Origin: Hemiscyllium ocellatum
Lineage: Eukaryota
Assembly: GCF_020745735.1 (NCBI RefSeq)
Contig: NC_083403.1
Coordinates: 113,478,526 to 113,542,525, forward strand
Direction of reading: 5' to 3'
Length of the DNA stretch: 64,000 nt
The first letter of the stretch is position 1. Every line of letters starts with the position of its first letter. Position numbers and translations under genes: made by a program. The notes beneath the pieces were generated by a model. It was given only the letters and a program-made list of their open reading frames with translations, had not been told where the DNA came from and made no database searches. Below, one piece after another: positions 13,310 through 27,169 of this stretch.

Positions 13310-13620
13310 ATAGCCTTTGAATTGAAAGGCTTACTAGGCTGCTTCAGAAAACAGTTAAGAGTCAGCCACTCAGGATCTGGAGTCATATGTGGGTCAGACA
13401 TTGTAAAGACAGCAGACTTTTTTTTCCTGAAAAGGCATTAGTGAACCAGATGAATTTTTTATGATGATCAATTGATTATTGCACCATTATTGAGGTCAAT
13501 TTTACATTCTAGGTTCTGATTGAATTTTCATTTCACCAGCAGGAGGGCCTTTAACTGACATCCCTCTGGCCCACTGGACTGTTAGCCAAAGTAACATTAG
13601 TCTTATGTCACCATTTTATG
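13310..13620 (-). mobile_element. Decayed shark SINE-like repeat
   Basis: Recognisable stretch tctggagtcatatgtgggtcagac...cattagtgaaccagatg. Family assignment from recall only. Confidence 0.5.
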
Positions 13621-16600
13621 CGCCAGAAATGCACCTTCCAACATTTGGTCAGGGCAGCAAGGTTTTAAGGCCTTTGTGTGTGAAAACAAAAGGGCCTAAT
13701 GCTTTTCTGAGGTAAACTTACCATGTTCAAGGTAACACTCTTGTAGACAGGTCACTGGAGACTGCCAGAAAATGTGCAATTCTTAGGAAAGAAACAAAGA
13801 ACTGAATAAAGAGTCAGGACAGCCAGGTGTGGTTTCCCACTGCAATACCAAATATTGTTGCTACTTTCGGTCAAATGCTCCCCCCAGTAGCATCATATGA
13901 TCCTTCGCTGTCAATTTCTGATTGCACCACTCACACCCCCTTACACTGTGACCTAAATGGAGGCTGATACCAGTGGGACAATGGGCTGACTGGGCATGCC
14001 CAACAAGGTCTGCAACTAATCTCATACAAGCAAAGTCTGAGTCCAAATATCAGTAGTATATCCTTGGACTAACTAAACTAAGTGCAAGGAGCATTTCCTG
14101 CATCCAGCTGGAAATCAATATCTCAGCCTACATTTCTTTAATGGGTGCTTTCACTCGCCATTATTCACTAATTGAAGAAATAAATCAAAAATCCCTGTAA
14201 GAACTGAACCTAACACTGGAGCAAGTGCAGGAAATTTGCATACTGCAAAGAAGAGGTTGCACCAAGTGACCACAGATATATTTTACAGCCCAAAAATACA
14301 TTTAAGATTTACTGTTAGGGAATAAAATGTATTTCGCCAGGAAATTGCAGAGATTGCTCTGCCTGCTGCAGGTTTGCTTAGCCTTTTTTTTATTACCATT
14401 CTATTGGACATGCTTGGGAAAGTTGTATGTTGAATAGTAGTTGATAATATAACTTGCTTTTATTTCTAAGCATTAGGCTTTCTGAGATCGACATGAAAGC
14501 AGAGGCATCACAGAAGAAGGACCGACTTGTTTGAGAAAAGTGTCTTTGAGATAGACAATGAAGACTGTTTGTTCTCAAATGATGGTACTATGAGGTTTTA
14601 AGTATGTCTTGTACCTCTGATATCAGTAAAACGTAATATATTGTGGTTTTCAACCGAAGCAGAAATAAAATCAAACAACTGATAAGACAATAGACTGGTG
14701 ATCATGTTATATATGTATAACATATAATACACATTCTATACACTCAACATTAAATATCTGGTGGTTATCCAAAATATAATGTGGTGAACTATAGGATGAA
14801 GGAGATGGTTTAACAAATGGTTCCAACAACTTGTGGATGCTGAGTATGATTTATTATTAATTATGGACACCCGGGCATCACAATTCATTGAACCCATTAA
14901 TCGCTAAGATGATGTGAAAGAAAGTGATATCCAAATTTGCCAATGGCACAAGAATAAAGAAGACTGTAAGCAATGTAGATGAAAGCTTAAAATCATAAAG
15001 AGATTTCAATAGATTAAGTAAGTGGGTGGGGTCCACGTGGTGGCTTATGGAGTTATATGTGAATATGAAGTGGTATGGAGGGTGCATGAGTAATCTGAGA
15101 ATTACAATGGTGGTTTCTGTCTCCAAGAATAGAAAAATGTTGTCTCCATACCCACACTCCTCCTGCTTTCAATTTCTTCATGCAAAATATTCTGCAAACC
15201 TAAACTTTGTGTAAAAAGGTAAAGATTTGGACGAAGTCATACAGGGGTCTGTGTGCATTTTGGAAAGCAGAAAAGTGGAGAAGTGCACAAGTTGGGTTTT
15301 TCCAAGCTCAGGCAGATTGGATGTGAGGAAGTGATCGAGGATACAGATAGCAACAGAAATATTGAAATACTAAGGCCATCACTCAATCTGATTAGAAGTG
15401 AATATCATGAACCCAATTTCAGTATAAATGTATAACCGATTATGATGTGAGAACATATTCAATAGTTCAAAATAGCAGAATACCGAGTCAATTTGTTATT
15501 TATGCATATTCTAGGAAATGCTGGGGAACTGAGTAGCAGAATAGTTCATTTATACTCATGGAGTATTTACTAAGCAATTATGGGGACGCTTAGATAGACA
15601 ATGTTTCTTTGAAAGACCATAGGATTTGTTTTAACTGTCATCCAGTCAGAACATTTCAGGGATTAACTTGATCAAGAAGACAGATTTTATCCCCATGCGA
15701 TTCCCTACACTGAATGACCATATTTGGAGTCATTCTTGACAGACAAGGATCTTAAAAGATATCAGAGACAAGGCAGGAGAGAAGTTATAATCAGTTCAGT
15801 TATGATATTAGCAAATAGTTTAACAAGCTGAATCCCAGCTCCAAGTCCCAACTCATAGAGGAACAGAAGGAGGCCTTTTAGTCTTTTATGCTTGTTCTAC
15901 CATGCAATATCTTAATCTTTAATTTATATCTATACATCAGCCTTTGCCCCATAATCCTTCATATTTTTTGGTGAACAAAAATCTATCAAATTCAGCATTA
16001 AAATTAGGAACTGATCTAGCACAATCTAGCATTTTGAGAACATATTTCAAACTTCTACCCTTTGCCTGAACAGACTGAGTCCAATTTTCTTATTCATCTT
16101 AGAGTCTTAGACACCCCAATGTAAAAATAAGCTTTTGCCTCTGCCTAACTGTTTTCCTTAATGTCTTGAAAGCTACTCAAATCATTCCTTAATCTTGCAA
16201 ATTCCAGGGACCAGTCTTAATTTGTTTTCCATTCACACAAAAGTGAAAGTCAGGAGGGAATATATTGAGAGAAATTGGTGGGACGACTGGGAGACATATC
16301 GGAGCAATGTTTTCATTCAGGGGCTGCTCTTGAACTCGTTGGCTGAAAAGGGTCAGAGAAGCAGAAACCCTCAATGCATTTGAAAAAAAAACTTGGATGT
16401 GCACTTGTAGCCAAGAGGGCTACAGACCAAGAGTTCGTAAATGGAAGTGGATACTTGGTTTTCATTTGGCATGAACACATCAATTAAGTGGCTCCTTCCA
16501 TGATGTAAGTCTCTTAAAGTTTCACTTTGCCCTTACACAACATGGGAATAATGCCTTTGATGGTCTGGTCACAAGCTGAGACCACACGGGAAGCAAAGTT

Positions 16601-17897
16601 GTCCTGAGAACTTGCTAATTATATGATAATTTCGCCTGTATGCCCAAGAATGATGTTGTTCTCATGGCAAGTCTAGTATGATCCCAAGCATTTGTATAAA
16701 TATGATTCATTGCACATCAGGCAATCAGTCTGTGGAATGCACAATGAAGAATGGTATCTCAGACATTCTCTTACTGACAATCATCTGATACTAAAAAGTT
16801 GATGAGGCTCAAGAGAGTGAGAAGTCATTAAATCAGAAGCTGATACATGCTGTACCGAGAAGCAATTTATTCTTGAAACAGTAAAGTGCTAATCACCAAA
16901 GTAACTTTCAGATGGTTTGAAATTCAAATAGCAAGCATAGATTTTGGATTCTAAAATTCAAGGTTGCATTCCTTTGAGTCGAAATGCAACTTATAATAAC
17001 TTTTACTCAAATGACTATATATTATCCAGAAAATAAAAATAATTTTGGAAACAAACAAGGGACTGGGACAACATCAGGCATTAATTGTTGAGCTACAACT
17101 TCAACGGCTATTGTAAAAACTTAACTACAGTATAGGCAAGATGTTTAAGGAAATAAACTGAAAGACAACTATGCCTCAAAGGAATCAGCTACTGATAGGC
17201 CAGAAAGTGTTGCCTGAGAAAAGCCTGTTTAAAGTACAGAACTGAGACTGTTTACATTTCAAAAATATACATCATGAGATCTTACTTGTGAAATTTATCA
17301 TTGGTGAAGGACGATTAAGCTGTGTGATTTTTAACAGTTAGAAACCTCAAAAGACAGAAAAAAACTAAAAACTACTTTGTGTGCAATATGGATTAATCAC
17401 TGATGTTACATATGAAGAGTCTGTTCTCAGCAAGTCTCAACTTATTCAAAGGTTGTGGATGTGAACCATTGGAAAGAGAGAAAGGCTAAGCAACAATTGG
17501 CCAAATATTTAATCTATATTTCACACAGAGCATGATCATATCCAACCTGGATGTGTAGCTAAATTGATCCTCTGTTTGAGTTTCAGCTGTATAAGCACAA
17601 TGGGATTGTCAAAGTAAAATTGCTTAGCTCAGAGAGCAACCTAAAAGCAAAACATCAGAGGTTTTATTTTAAAGATTTACTTCATTAAATATAGTTTTTT
17701 TTTCTTAAATGCTATGAATGAGAAAATTGTAAATGGGCAGTTGTGACAATTTGGGATAAATCTGAAGAATGAAGAACAATATTTAAAATCGACAAATTGT
17801 AAGAGTTGGATGGGAAGGGAAATGCTGACTTATCTTCATCCTGAGCTCAGTGTTGAGACTCCAATCATTTTTTGTGTCTACAAAGAACCTCTCTCTT

Positions 17898-18325
17898 ATA
17901 GAGTCAGAGATGTACAGCACAGAAACAGACCCTTCAGTCCAACTCATCCATGCCGACCAGATATCCCAACCTAATTTAGTCCCACCTGCCAGCACCCGGC
18001 CCATATCCCTCCAAACCTTTCCTATTCATATACCCATCCAAATGTCTGTGAAATGTTGCAATTGTACCAGCCTCCACCACTTCCTCTGGCAGCCCATTCC
18101 ACACACACACACCACCCTCTGCATGAAAAAGTTGCCCCTTAGGTCTCTTTTATATCTTTCCCCTCTCACCCTAAACCTATGTCCTCCAGTTCTGGACTCC
18201 CCCACTCCAGGGAAAAGACTTTGTCTATTTACCCTATCCATGCCCCTCATGATTTTATAAACCTCTATAAGGTCACCCCTCAGCCTCCGACGTTCCAGGG
18301 AAAACAACCACTGCCTATACAATCT
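17898..18325 (-). mobile_element. CR1/HER1 LINE 3' end
   Basis: ORF 18026..18385 contains LFSLERRRLRGDLIEVYKIMRG. 3' UTR matches 41340-41470. Confidence 0.92.
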
Positions 18326-19309
18326 TTCCTGAAAGCTCAAATCAGACCCACAATGCCGGTAGGGAGGGAATTTACAAAATCGCAAACATAAAACCTTTTA
18401 TAAACTACTGCATTCAGGAATAGAAATATAATGCAGTTGATCATTTTCTTTAAAGTCTATTCTATGATCAAAGAACTTTGGTTCAATTCACCTTTATAAA
18501 TTCAAGTGAAAATGGATTTATCACCAACTGTAAACATGTTTATTATGGGTCTATAGTCCTCTATTTAAGAATAAATTGGTTTTAATATAATTGAAAATTA
18601 CTTAAATAAATGCACTGAATCTTGATGCCATCCAGCCCACTCGATTGGCACCATAAGCATAAACATCCACTTCCTCCAGCACCAACACTCGTTACACCAG
18701 CTACAAGATGCACTGCAAAAAATCATCAAAGATTCTTAGATAGCATCTTGCAATAAAAATCACCATTATCTGAGTAAGGTAAACTTGATTTTAAAATGAG
18801 CTCGCAATAACCTGTGGACCAAAGAAGTTGAGTGCAGTTTGAAGAGCCCTTCCTAAATAGCACAGTTCAGTGCTTAATGAATAGAGTAGAAATGACAGTA
18901 AAGTGAAGAGAGACATTGAATATTTAGCACAATCTGCACAAAACTAATGTAGAGAAGTAATAAATTCAGAAATGAGGTTGATTAGTAAAATCCCAAAAAA
19001 CATTTTCACAGAAATCACATGAATGAACTGACCATTCAGAGTCCTGTCCAGACAAAGTCTTAAGTATATGTACCAAGTGATGAATTCCAACATCAGATGT
19101 TCAGCCTAATGTGGAGCTGCATGGGGTAATGGATGGGTTCACATAATCGAAAGATATTGTCAGAGGCTGAATGGAATTTTTCCAGTTGATCCCTGAGCCC
19201 CCCATTGGGCAGGCATTGGGAAGTTGGTGGGAGACTCCCAACAATATTGCAGGCAACATCAAGGCCATCTTCAACTGTCTGGTTGTAGCTGCAACCAAAT
19301 GTAAGGTTA

Positions 19310-20985
19310 TATTACAAATAAAATGTGCTGGAACAAAGTTGGCAGGTCTAGGAATATTTCCATGTTCATGCTTCCAGGTAAAGGTGACTCTTCCTCAAAA
19401 GAGAGAAAAAGGCTGCAAAGAGGGGGAGGAGAAGTCAGTAAAACAGATAGTGAGGGTGCCCAGTACAAAAGACAAATGAAGTGCTAATGTTGGCAAAACA
19501 GAGATAGGTATGTGAAAAATGTGTAAATAATAGGTTTGTTGAGGAGAAAATGTGTCTGCTCTGCTGACAGCAAGGCCAACAAGACAGGCTAGGAAATGTG
19601 TAATCAAAATGGAGAGCAATGTTTGTGATCTGAACTTGTTGAATTCAATGTTGAGGGCTGAAGACTGTCATGTGCCAAAGCAAAAAATGAGATAGTACTC
19701 TTTCAGGTACAGTAGGCAAGGACTGAAATAAGAGAGAATCTAACCACTGTCCCTTGAAGTTTAATGGTGTTACCATTACTGAATGCCCCACTTTATCAAC
19801 ATCCTTAGTCCTTCCATTGATCAGGAACTCAACTGGACCTGCAACATAAATGCAGTGACTACAAGAGCAGGCCAGAAGCTAGTAGCAAGTAACTCATCAC
19901 CTGACTCCCCAAAGTCTGTCCATTATCTATAAAGCACAAATCAGGAATATGACGGAATACTCCCCACTTGCCTGGATTGGTGTAACTCCAACAACAGTCA
20001 AGAAGCTTGGTAACATCCAGGACAAAGCAGCCCACTTGATTGACACCATAAGTGTAAACATCCACTTCCTCCAGCACCAAAACTCAGTATACCATCTACA
20101 AGATGCACTGCAGAAATTCATCAAAGATTCTTAGACAGCATCTTCCAAACTCACAACCATTTCCATCTCGAAGGATAAGGGCAGTAGGTACATGGGGAAA
20201 AATAACACCTATAAAGTCTTCCTCCAAGCCACTCTCCATCCTGACTTTAAATATATTACTGTCGTTTGGTCAAAATCCAGGAATTCCCTCCCTAATGGCA
20301 TTGTGGGTCAACCTATAGCACATGGATTGCAGTGGTTCAAGAAGGCAGCTCACCACTACCTTCTCAAGGGCAATTAGGGATGGGCAATAAATTTTGGCCA
20401 GTCAGAGACACCCACATATCACAAGGGAATTATAATTTTAAAAAACTGTTAGCATGGCAGTAATATGATTTATTGAAATGCTAAGCATTTGGAAGGTCAG
20501 GGTCTTTCCTCTGCACAGAGTGGATGTGCTCTGCAAATCAATCACCTAGTCTGCATTTGGTCTTGCCAATGTGAAGGAGACAGCATTGTGAACAGGGAAT
20601 GCTGTATATTGCATTGAAAGAAGCACCAAGTAAAATGCTGCTTCACCTGGAAGAGTGTAAGGGGCCTTGCAGAGTAAGGAGGGAGGAAGTGAATGCGCAA
20701 GTGTTACACCTTCTGCAATTGCACGTGAAGATGCCAGGGTGGGTTAGGAACTGCTAGGAGTGATGGAAGGTTCCATCAGGCCGTTGTAAAGGGAATGATC
20801 CCTGAGAATTGCTGACAGGTCAAAGGAAAGGGAGATGTCTTTGGTGGTTGTACTCTGTTAGAGGTGGTGGAAATGGCAAAGGATGAACCATCAAATAGTG
20901 AGACTGATGAGGTGAAAGCGAGGACAAGGAGAACCCTGTCATTGTTCTGGAAGGGACAGAAAGGGGTGAGGGCAGAAGTGTTAAT
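19310..20985 (-). mobile_element. Decayed Penelope-like element (Cys linker, GIY-YIG endonuclease, terminal repeat), split by a LINE at about 19741-20430
   Basis: Minus strand 20738-20491 reads CNCRRCNTC...NAIYSIPCSQCCLLHIGKTKCRLGD*FAEHIHSV. 19705-19625 reads LKEYYLIFCFGT*QSSALNIEFNKFR. Terminus tgaggaagagtcacc (19397-19383) matches family D. Confidence 0.8.
19741..20430 (+). mobile_element. Second CR1/L2-group LINE family, 3' fragment
   Basis: ORF 19949..20134 contains EYSPLAW...IQDKAAHLID. Homologous to 18620-18750, 28440-29180(-), 29350-30680 and 57290-58710. Confidence 0.75.
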
Positions 20986-21051
20986 AATGTGTTGGAACCC
21001 CTGGGGTCTGGTGCCGACAATTCAACATCTGAAAAATTGGAGGGAGAGCAA

Positions 21052-21097
21052 CTGTCTCTGTCTCTGTCTCTGTCTCTGTCTGTCTCTCTCTCTCTCC
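21052..21097. repeat. (TCTCTG)n/(TC)n microsatellite
   Basis: Direct inspection. Confidence 0.9.
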
Positions 21098-22596
21098 TCA
21101 CATACATCAGACTCAAAGCCGGGTGCCCTCATACTGAATAAGCTGGATCAATGGCAAAAATCACACATCAAAAACATCCAAAGCTGGAAGGTATCTATTT
21201 AAGTAACAATTGCATATTTATTGTGGAACCACTCACAACATTCAAATGTCTCAATGCCTCACTCTTAGGCCCCTTGTACAATGCAAACTGAAAAATCCCA
21301 TACTTTCCTTAATGTTGAGCTGGAAGGAATGGGCATGTTTCTCTCAAGTCTACGTAAAATAAAAGGGAGGTTACTGAAGATCCTAACTTGTCCAACAATC
21401 ATGAGCTATCCATCCATCTGATTTGGCCTCTAATTCTTTCTCCTTTATCTCCCCTCAATGAACCAACTGTCCCACACATGAACCCAGTGTTTGCTTCATT
21501 ATCACACCTGCCCAGGCTCACTGGATGCTTATCATCTTTAGTATCCACCTGTCAATGCCTGCTCATGACCTACTGTCAAAAATTCCATGGCCAGCCCTCA
21601 GCTTAGCTAGACAAACCTGTCTCAGCCTCTGGCACCTTCATTCCTCAAATACAGCTAGCACTACAGTTCCCTGACCTTCAGTAGTGCTTCACTGAATTCA
21701 CTGATGCTTACACTTGATGTTAGCTCAATTTATGGAAATAAAGTCAGAAGGCCAATAGTTGGATGCCTATGAATTTATGTGCAATGGTCAGGCAAATTTC
21801 TGTTTTTTTTTGTTTAAATAATGAGAGGTAGGATGATGGAGGTGTGTAATGATATCTTTTACGTTTGCCATTGTAGAAAATATTGATATCAGAATCTCCT
21901 TGGAAATAGTGCACATAACAACAATTGTGACTGATGAAGAAATATTGGAAGGTCAATTTAACAACAAAGAAAATATTGGCAAGTTTATAATGATCAGTCA
22001 AAAGAGAATTTATCATAAAGTTTTTTGATATGTTGTGTTAGAAGTGGGATTTGGGGTTTGAATAATTGTGTGGTGTTAACCCATTACAAGGTGGCAACAG
22101 GAGGCTATAAGACAGCAAATATAATTTCAATCTTTGCAAAACTTCACAAGCATGGTTTGGATTTTACGGACCCTGTTAGAGTGCTATTGAGAAAGGAAAA
22201 AAAAATTGCATTATAATGGAAGCAATTCAAGCACATCTCACAACAGGAACAGCAATAAATCCACATCAGTGCAGGTTTATAAAAGGTAGGTCATGCCGAA
22301 CAAATTTATTGCAGTTTTTGAGTATGTAAAAGAATTGATGAATGATACCAATGTGGCTGTTGTTATATATCTTGTGTTTGTAGCATAATTTGGTGAGTTT
22401 CCTTAATGTTAGTTATGAGAGAATCATGAAGTGATAGACGGCTTTTTGTTTACATTTCTTTCTTTCCAAACTACGTAATTCAATCTCTCATAAATGGACA
22501 TGATTACTCACATACATAATGAAACTGATGTGTATTATGGTAAACTGAAATAAGGTATGCCACACTTCTGGAATTACCTCCTACTCTTCATATCGA

Positions 22597-22715
22597 GTCA
22601 TAGAGATGTACTGCATGGAAACAAACCCTTTGGTCCAACTTGTCCATGCCTACTAGATATCCCACTCCAATGTATCCCACCTGCCAGCACCCGGCCCATA
22701 TCCTTCCAAACCCAT
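22597..22715 (-). mobile_element. CR1/HER1 3' UTR tail fragment
   Basis: Similar to 17898-18015. Confidence 0.8.
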
Positions 22716-23059
22716 ACCTTCTCCACATTCCTGTTTGAGTAAGCCTGGCATTACTGCCTTTCATAAGATGATCAGATCAATGTTTTAATAATATTTAAGA
22801 TGATAGTGGATTACATCAAGTTAAATTGGAAAACAGAATGACAAAGATAATGAAAATTGCTTAACATAATCTATGGTAATTTTCACAATGGTGTAAATTA
22901 TATGTAACACTGGAAATTTTAGACAAATAGATATTTATGCTAAAAATAATACACATATTAATGCATAAGTTTTGTATGATTAAATACGGTACAAGAGAAA
23001 ACTATTATGGTCTACTTGAACTGTTTCATCACTTTGTATCTCAGTAATTACTGTGTACC

Positions 23060-23240
23060 TATGGGCCAAAACAGTCATCCACAACCAAAACCAACATATC
23101 AGACTACGTGGTCATTGTCAGATTGTTGCTTGAGTGACTTTATCGCTTGCAAATTGGCCACTGTGCTTTCTGTACTGATGCATACAGCATAGATAAGACC
23201 ACACAAAAGGCTCATGTTAGCTACCTAGCTATATAAAAAA
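23060..23240 (+). mobile_element. Decayed Deu-domain SINE fragment (AmnSINE1/SacSINE1-like)
   Basis: tggtcattgtcagattgttg...gcaaattggccactgtgctttc resembles the Deu domain as recalled. Confidence 0.5.
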
Positions 23241-23284
23241 AAATCACTGAAGTTAAGGGAATTGGCATTCAGAGAAAGACCTCA

Positions 23285-23365
23285 GACAGAGAGAGCAAGA
23301 GAGAGAGAGAGAGAGAGCATGAGAGGAAGAGATAGAGAGATAGAGAGAGACAGAGGCGGAGACAG
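23285..23365. repeat. Imperfect (GA)n microsatellite
   Basis: Direct inspection. Confidence 0.9.
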
Positions 23366-24646
23366 ATGCAAATCAATAAGCAGCAAAAGAAATACTGGAG
23401 ATGAGAAGCAAAGAAGAAGCAAAATTGAGACATTTGTCTCAGGTTGATTGGGAGGCAAAACTAATCTGGTTGCTCTGCTTGATGGTGTGATCAGCATGTT
23501 CTTTTTGAATACATTTCCATCATTCCTGCAGAGCTCTTCTTACCCCGTGATAATGAAAAGGGCACATTTATAAATTTACTTCTAATATTAAAAGCTGAAG
23601 TGAGCTGATTTTCATCTTAACACAAGTGTCTGAAACTAGCTTTGCTGATGAACTACTTCTTACAGAAATTGCTTTGCTTTTATTTCCACTGATTCCAATG
23701 AAAATCAAGGTGGTCCCCATAATGAGCAACATATCTGCAACATCAGTCTCATTATGTAAGTTCTGCAAGGAGCATCTCGACATATAATCATTCCTTTCCT
23801 CCCATCAGGAATTTCTGGCTTTCCTGCCAACCTGCAGGCTTCAAAACAGCAAGAAGATGTGCTCTAAATATAATATTCTCAGTTAAATAGATTGGATTTA
23901 AACTAAGATTTTATTGGCGTCTTGTTTGAAAATGTATCTGGAAAACACAACTCAAACTTTTGACAAGTTATTTTAGTCATGTATTCCAACAGTAATATTC
24001 CCCTTTTTTGTTGCCTTCATTGTCATGAGAGCTCCATAATTGGGATATTTTGTATACAAACAGTAATCACACATAGTGACAAGCAAATTAATTTACCTCT
24101 CCACGTTTGTACTAAATTATAATTCATAACCACATGAGGGAACAAATGATTGTAGTGCTAGATTCTACTTGTTCCATAAATGTGTTTTATATTTTACAAT
24201 ACCTGATCAATATTCAGATCAGAATACATAACCAAGACAACCACACCTTAAATTATACACTTATAAATATATTTAAGAAAAAAATACAAATAAGGTCATC
24301 AGTCAAAATGTGTTATCTGTAAGTTGCAGTCAATAATAATTAATTTTCATTTTTTTTGTAGTATTATCCAGGGTTTTGATATTTTCCCCAAAACAATAAA
24401 ACATGGGGTAACAGTAAGCCATAGAGTCTGCTCCACCATTCTATGAGATCATGGCTGATCTGACAATCCTCAATTCCATTTTCTTGCCTTTTCCCCACAA
24501 CCCTTGATTCCCTTACTGATTAAAAACCTGTCTATCTCAACTTTGAATGTACTTAATAACTCAGTCTCAACTGCATGGTAAAGAATTCCGCAGATTCACA
24601 ACACTGGTTTCCACTTGGCTTTAGTGAATTGACTAATTTGGTAATG

Positions 24647-24849
24647 GAGTTAAACATCACACACACCAGGTTATAGTCCAACAGGTTTATTTGGAAGTAC
24701 AAGCTTTCGGAGCATTGGTCCTTCATTGGGTAGCTCGTGAGCAGTGCTCTGAAAGCTTGTACTTTCAAATAAACCTGTTGGACTGTAACCTGGTGTTGTG
24801 TGATTTTTAACTTTGTCCACCCCAGGTCAACACCAGCTGCTCCACATCA
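24647..24849. mobile_element. PLE family B fold-back palindrome
   Basis: Arms caccaggttatagtccaacagg and cctgttggactgtaacctggtg. TSD taatttggtaatg (24634-24646) and taacttggtgatg (24850-24862). Confidence 0.8.
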
Positions 24850-25478
24850 TAACTTGGTGATGTTCACTTTAATAAATCGGTGAGCTGAAAGTCACAGCAC
24901 ATAGCCAATAACAATAGTCAGTATTTTTCCAACTGCACTTCTCTAATTAATGAGTGGGTTGATTTTGTGGGTGGAGCATGACACAGACAAAAATACATGA
25001 GACACAGAAAACTGACTTGCATGAGGCACATATTGTATTAATTTGGGAGTCAAAGAGCAGCCAAAGACATCACATAGTATGTTCTGTTGTTGGATTCTTG
25101 TTGGTTCCAAGCAACTTAATTGTTTTTTTTATTTACTTGGGTGAACAGACTGCAGCAAAAAGACTGGCCAAAACCTCAATTTTGACTCTTCAGCCATTAA
25201 TAAAGGCCATGCAGCCAGGCACAAGAAACAAACCTCTCTGATCTGATTATCCCCTCATCCTGCTGGCTTTCCCCCCTCTTCATCTCTCCATTACTACTGG
25301 GAGATGTTTCAAACTCTTCTGACGAATACATGATGAGACACCAGAAAGTATGAGCTACAGGACTTGAAGCTGTCTTCACTCGTGCTCTTAAAACATTGCT
25401 CTCAAAAAAATGAACCTTATTTTTCAATGAGCTGTATTTAGTGGTTGCTGTTTTAAGGTGTAACTGTTCTGATATGGT

Positions 25479-26036
25479 TTAAAATCATAACACCAGGTTA
25501 TAGTCTACCAGGCTTATTTGGAAGTACTAGCTTTTGGAACGCTGCTCCTTCATCAGGCAGCTGTGGAGCAGGATCATAAGACACAGAATTTATAGCAAAA
25601 AATCATAGTGTCATTCAACTGAAATGATATATTGAACAAACCTAAGTTGTTGTTAAGTTTTTCATCTTTTAGAATTGGTTCCAGGTTTCAGTTCATTAAT
25701 ATATAAATCCCATAGCTTCTTTGAAGTCACATTCATGAGATAACATAAGATTTTATAATAAAAAAGAGACATTTCAACTCAGTCAACGTATTAAAGGTGT
25801 GAGATTAGAGTCTGTCTGTATCCCAATCTTGAGTCAGACTGGTTCTATTTCCAAAGTAGGAATTTATAAAATGTTACATGAATTGACTGCCTGCATTGAC
25901 TACTTGCAGATTGTGTGCTTTTTGAGCAAAATAGAGTGTATCTGTAAATGCAAATTGACTCTAATATGTTGTGTGCGTCCATGTCAGGTGGAGAGAGAGA
26001 GAATGTGCAAGTGTGTTCTCCGGCGCCTCCACATCA
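25479..26036 (-). mobile_element. PLE family B longer copy, inverted body with a short plus-strand tail
   Basis: TSD tgttctgat(a/g)tggt at 25465-25478 and 26037-26050. Minus-strand CTGATGA-A-GGAGC-agc-GTTCC-AAAA-GCTA at 25556-25528. Tail ccggcgcctccacatca at 26020-26036 is in the opposite orientation. Confidence 0.78.
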
Positions 26037-27169
26037 TGTTCTGATGTGGTATTCATTGCAGTATTTAAAATACACTTGGCTGCCAGTAGTTGCAAGAGGC
26101 AACAGCAGGGTCGGGTAGGTCTTGTTGATGGAAACTATAACTGTGGAGGGAAAGGGAACACCAACAACGGAGTAACCCTGGCTGGGGAAATTGGTGGAAT
26201 TGTATGGTAAAGGGGTGGAGGAAAGACAGAACATGAGGGACATTATATTGGGAAAAAGTATGGGATAAAGGGGAGAACAGTACAGGATATTTAGCAGGGT
26301 TCGGATGGTATTGATATCAGGCATCAAAGTGAGATGGATAAAATGGGGGATGGGGGGATGAGTGGAATAGGGGATGCAATAAGAATGATATGGCACAGAA
26401 GCATTGGAAGGATGGAAGAGCATGGAATGGATCTGAAGAAGCTTTGTTGTAATAAAGACATCATTGTGCTTTCACTGCAACTGTTTTCCAGGTCTCTGCT
26501 AGTATATGTTTAATAACAACATCAGCACTGTTATAATACTGACGTGATGCCTGGGTACCAACCATTGTGGTTAGGATAGACTGCTGCCACTAATCCTCTT
26601 TCCTATGCTTATCTAAGGGGCTTCCTAGTCTGGGTTAAGGATGAACTGTGAAGCATGTGTCAGCAGTAGAACTTGTTGTACTTGATAAAGAGGTGCAGTT
26701 TATTACATTTCAGGAACTGTATTTGCACCACATTAACTATTGGGCACATTAATTATTACGAGCAAAAGATAAGCAAAGACACAAGCCTGGAACAGCTACA
26801 GCTTCTGTTGACCTGGATTGTCGAAGACTCTCAACATTGTTCAATCTACATCTGTGGCTATGTTAAACATCAACTTCACTTGAGCTGAAATTAACCCAAT
26901 CAAATCCATAATCTTTCAAAAACTAAAATACCATTTATATTCATGAGATCATCATCCCATTTGGCAGGCTTCAAGAACACAAAGTTGAATATTTTATGAA
27001 ACTTTGTATGCCCTAAACTGTAGGTTTTAATCAGAACTCTTAAGAGGAAGGTTAAGCCAATATCCAAGAGCTCCAAAACTAAATGAAAATTTTTTGGGGC
27101 TTCAGAGTAACTAACCAGATTGAAAGGAGAATCATGCATTTATCTGAGAACGTATGATAACATATATTA

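Noticed and set aside
13720-13785. Minus-strand AG...GTAAG exon-like segment, and similar donor-like sites near 7085 and 8886
   Set aside because: No frame resembles the Sushi exon expected next in CSMD.
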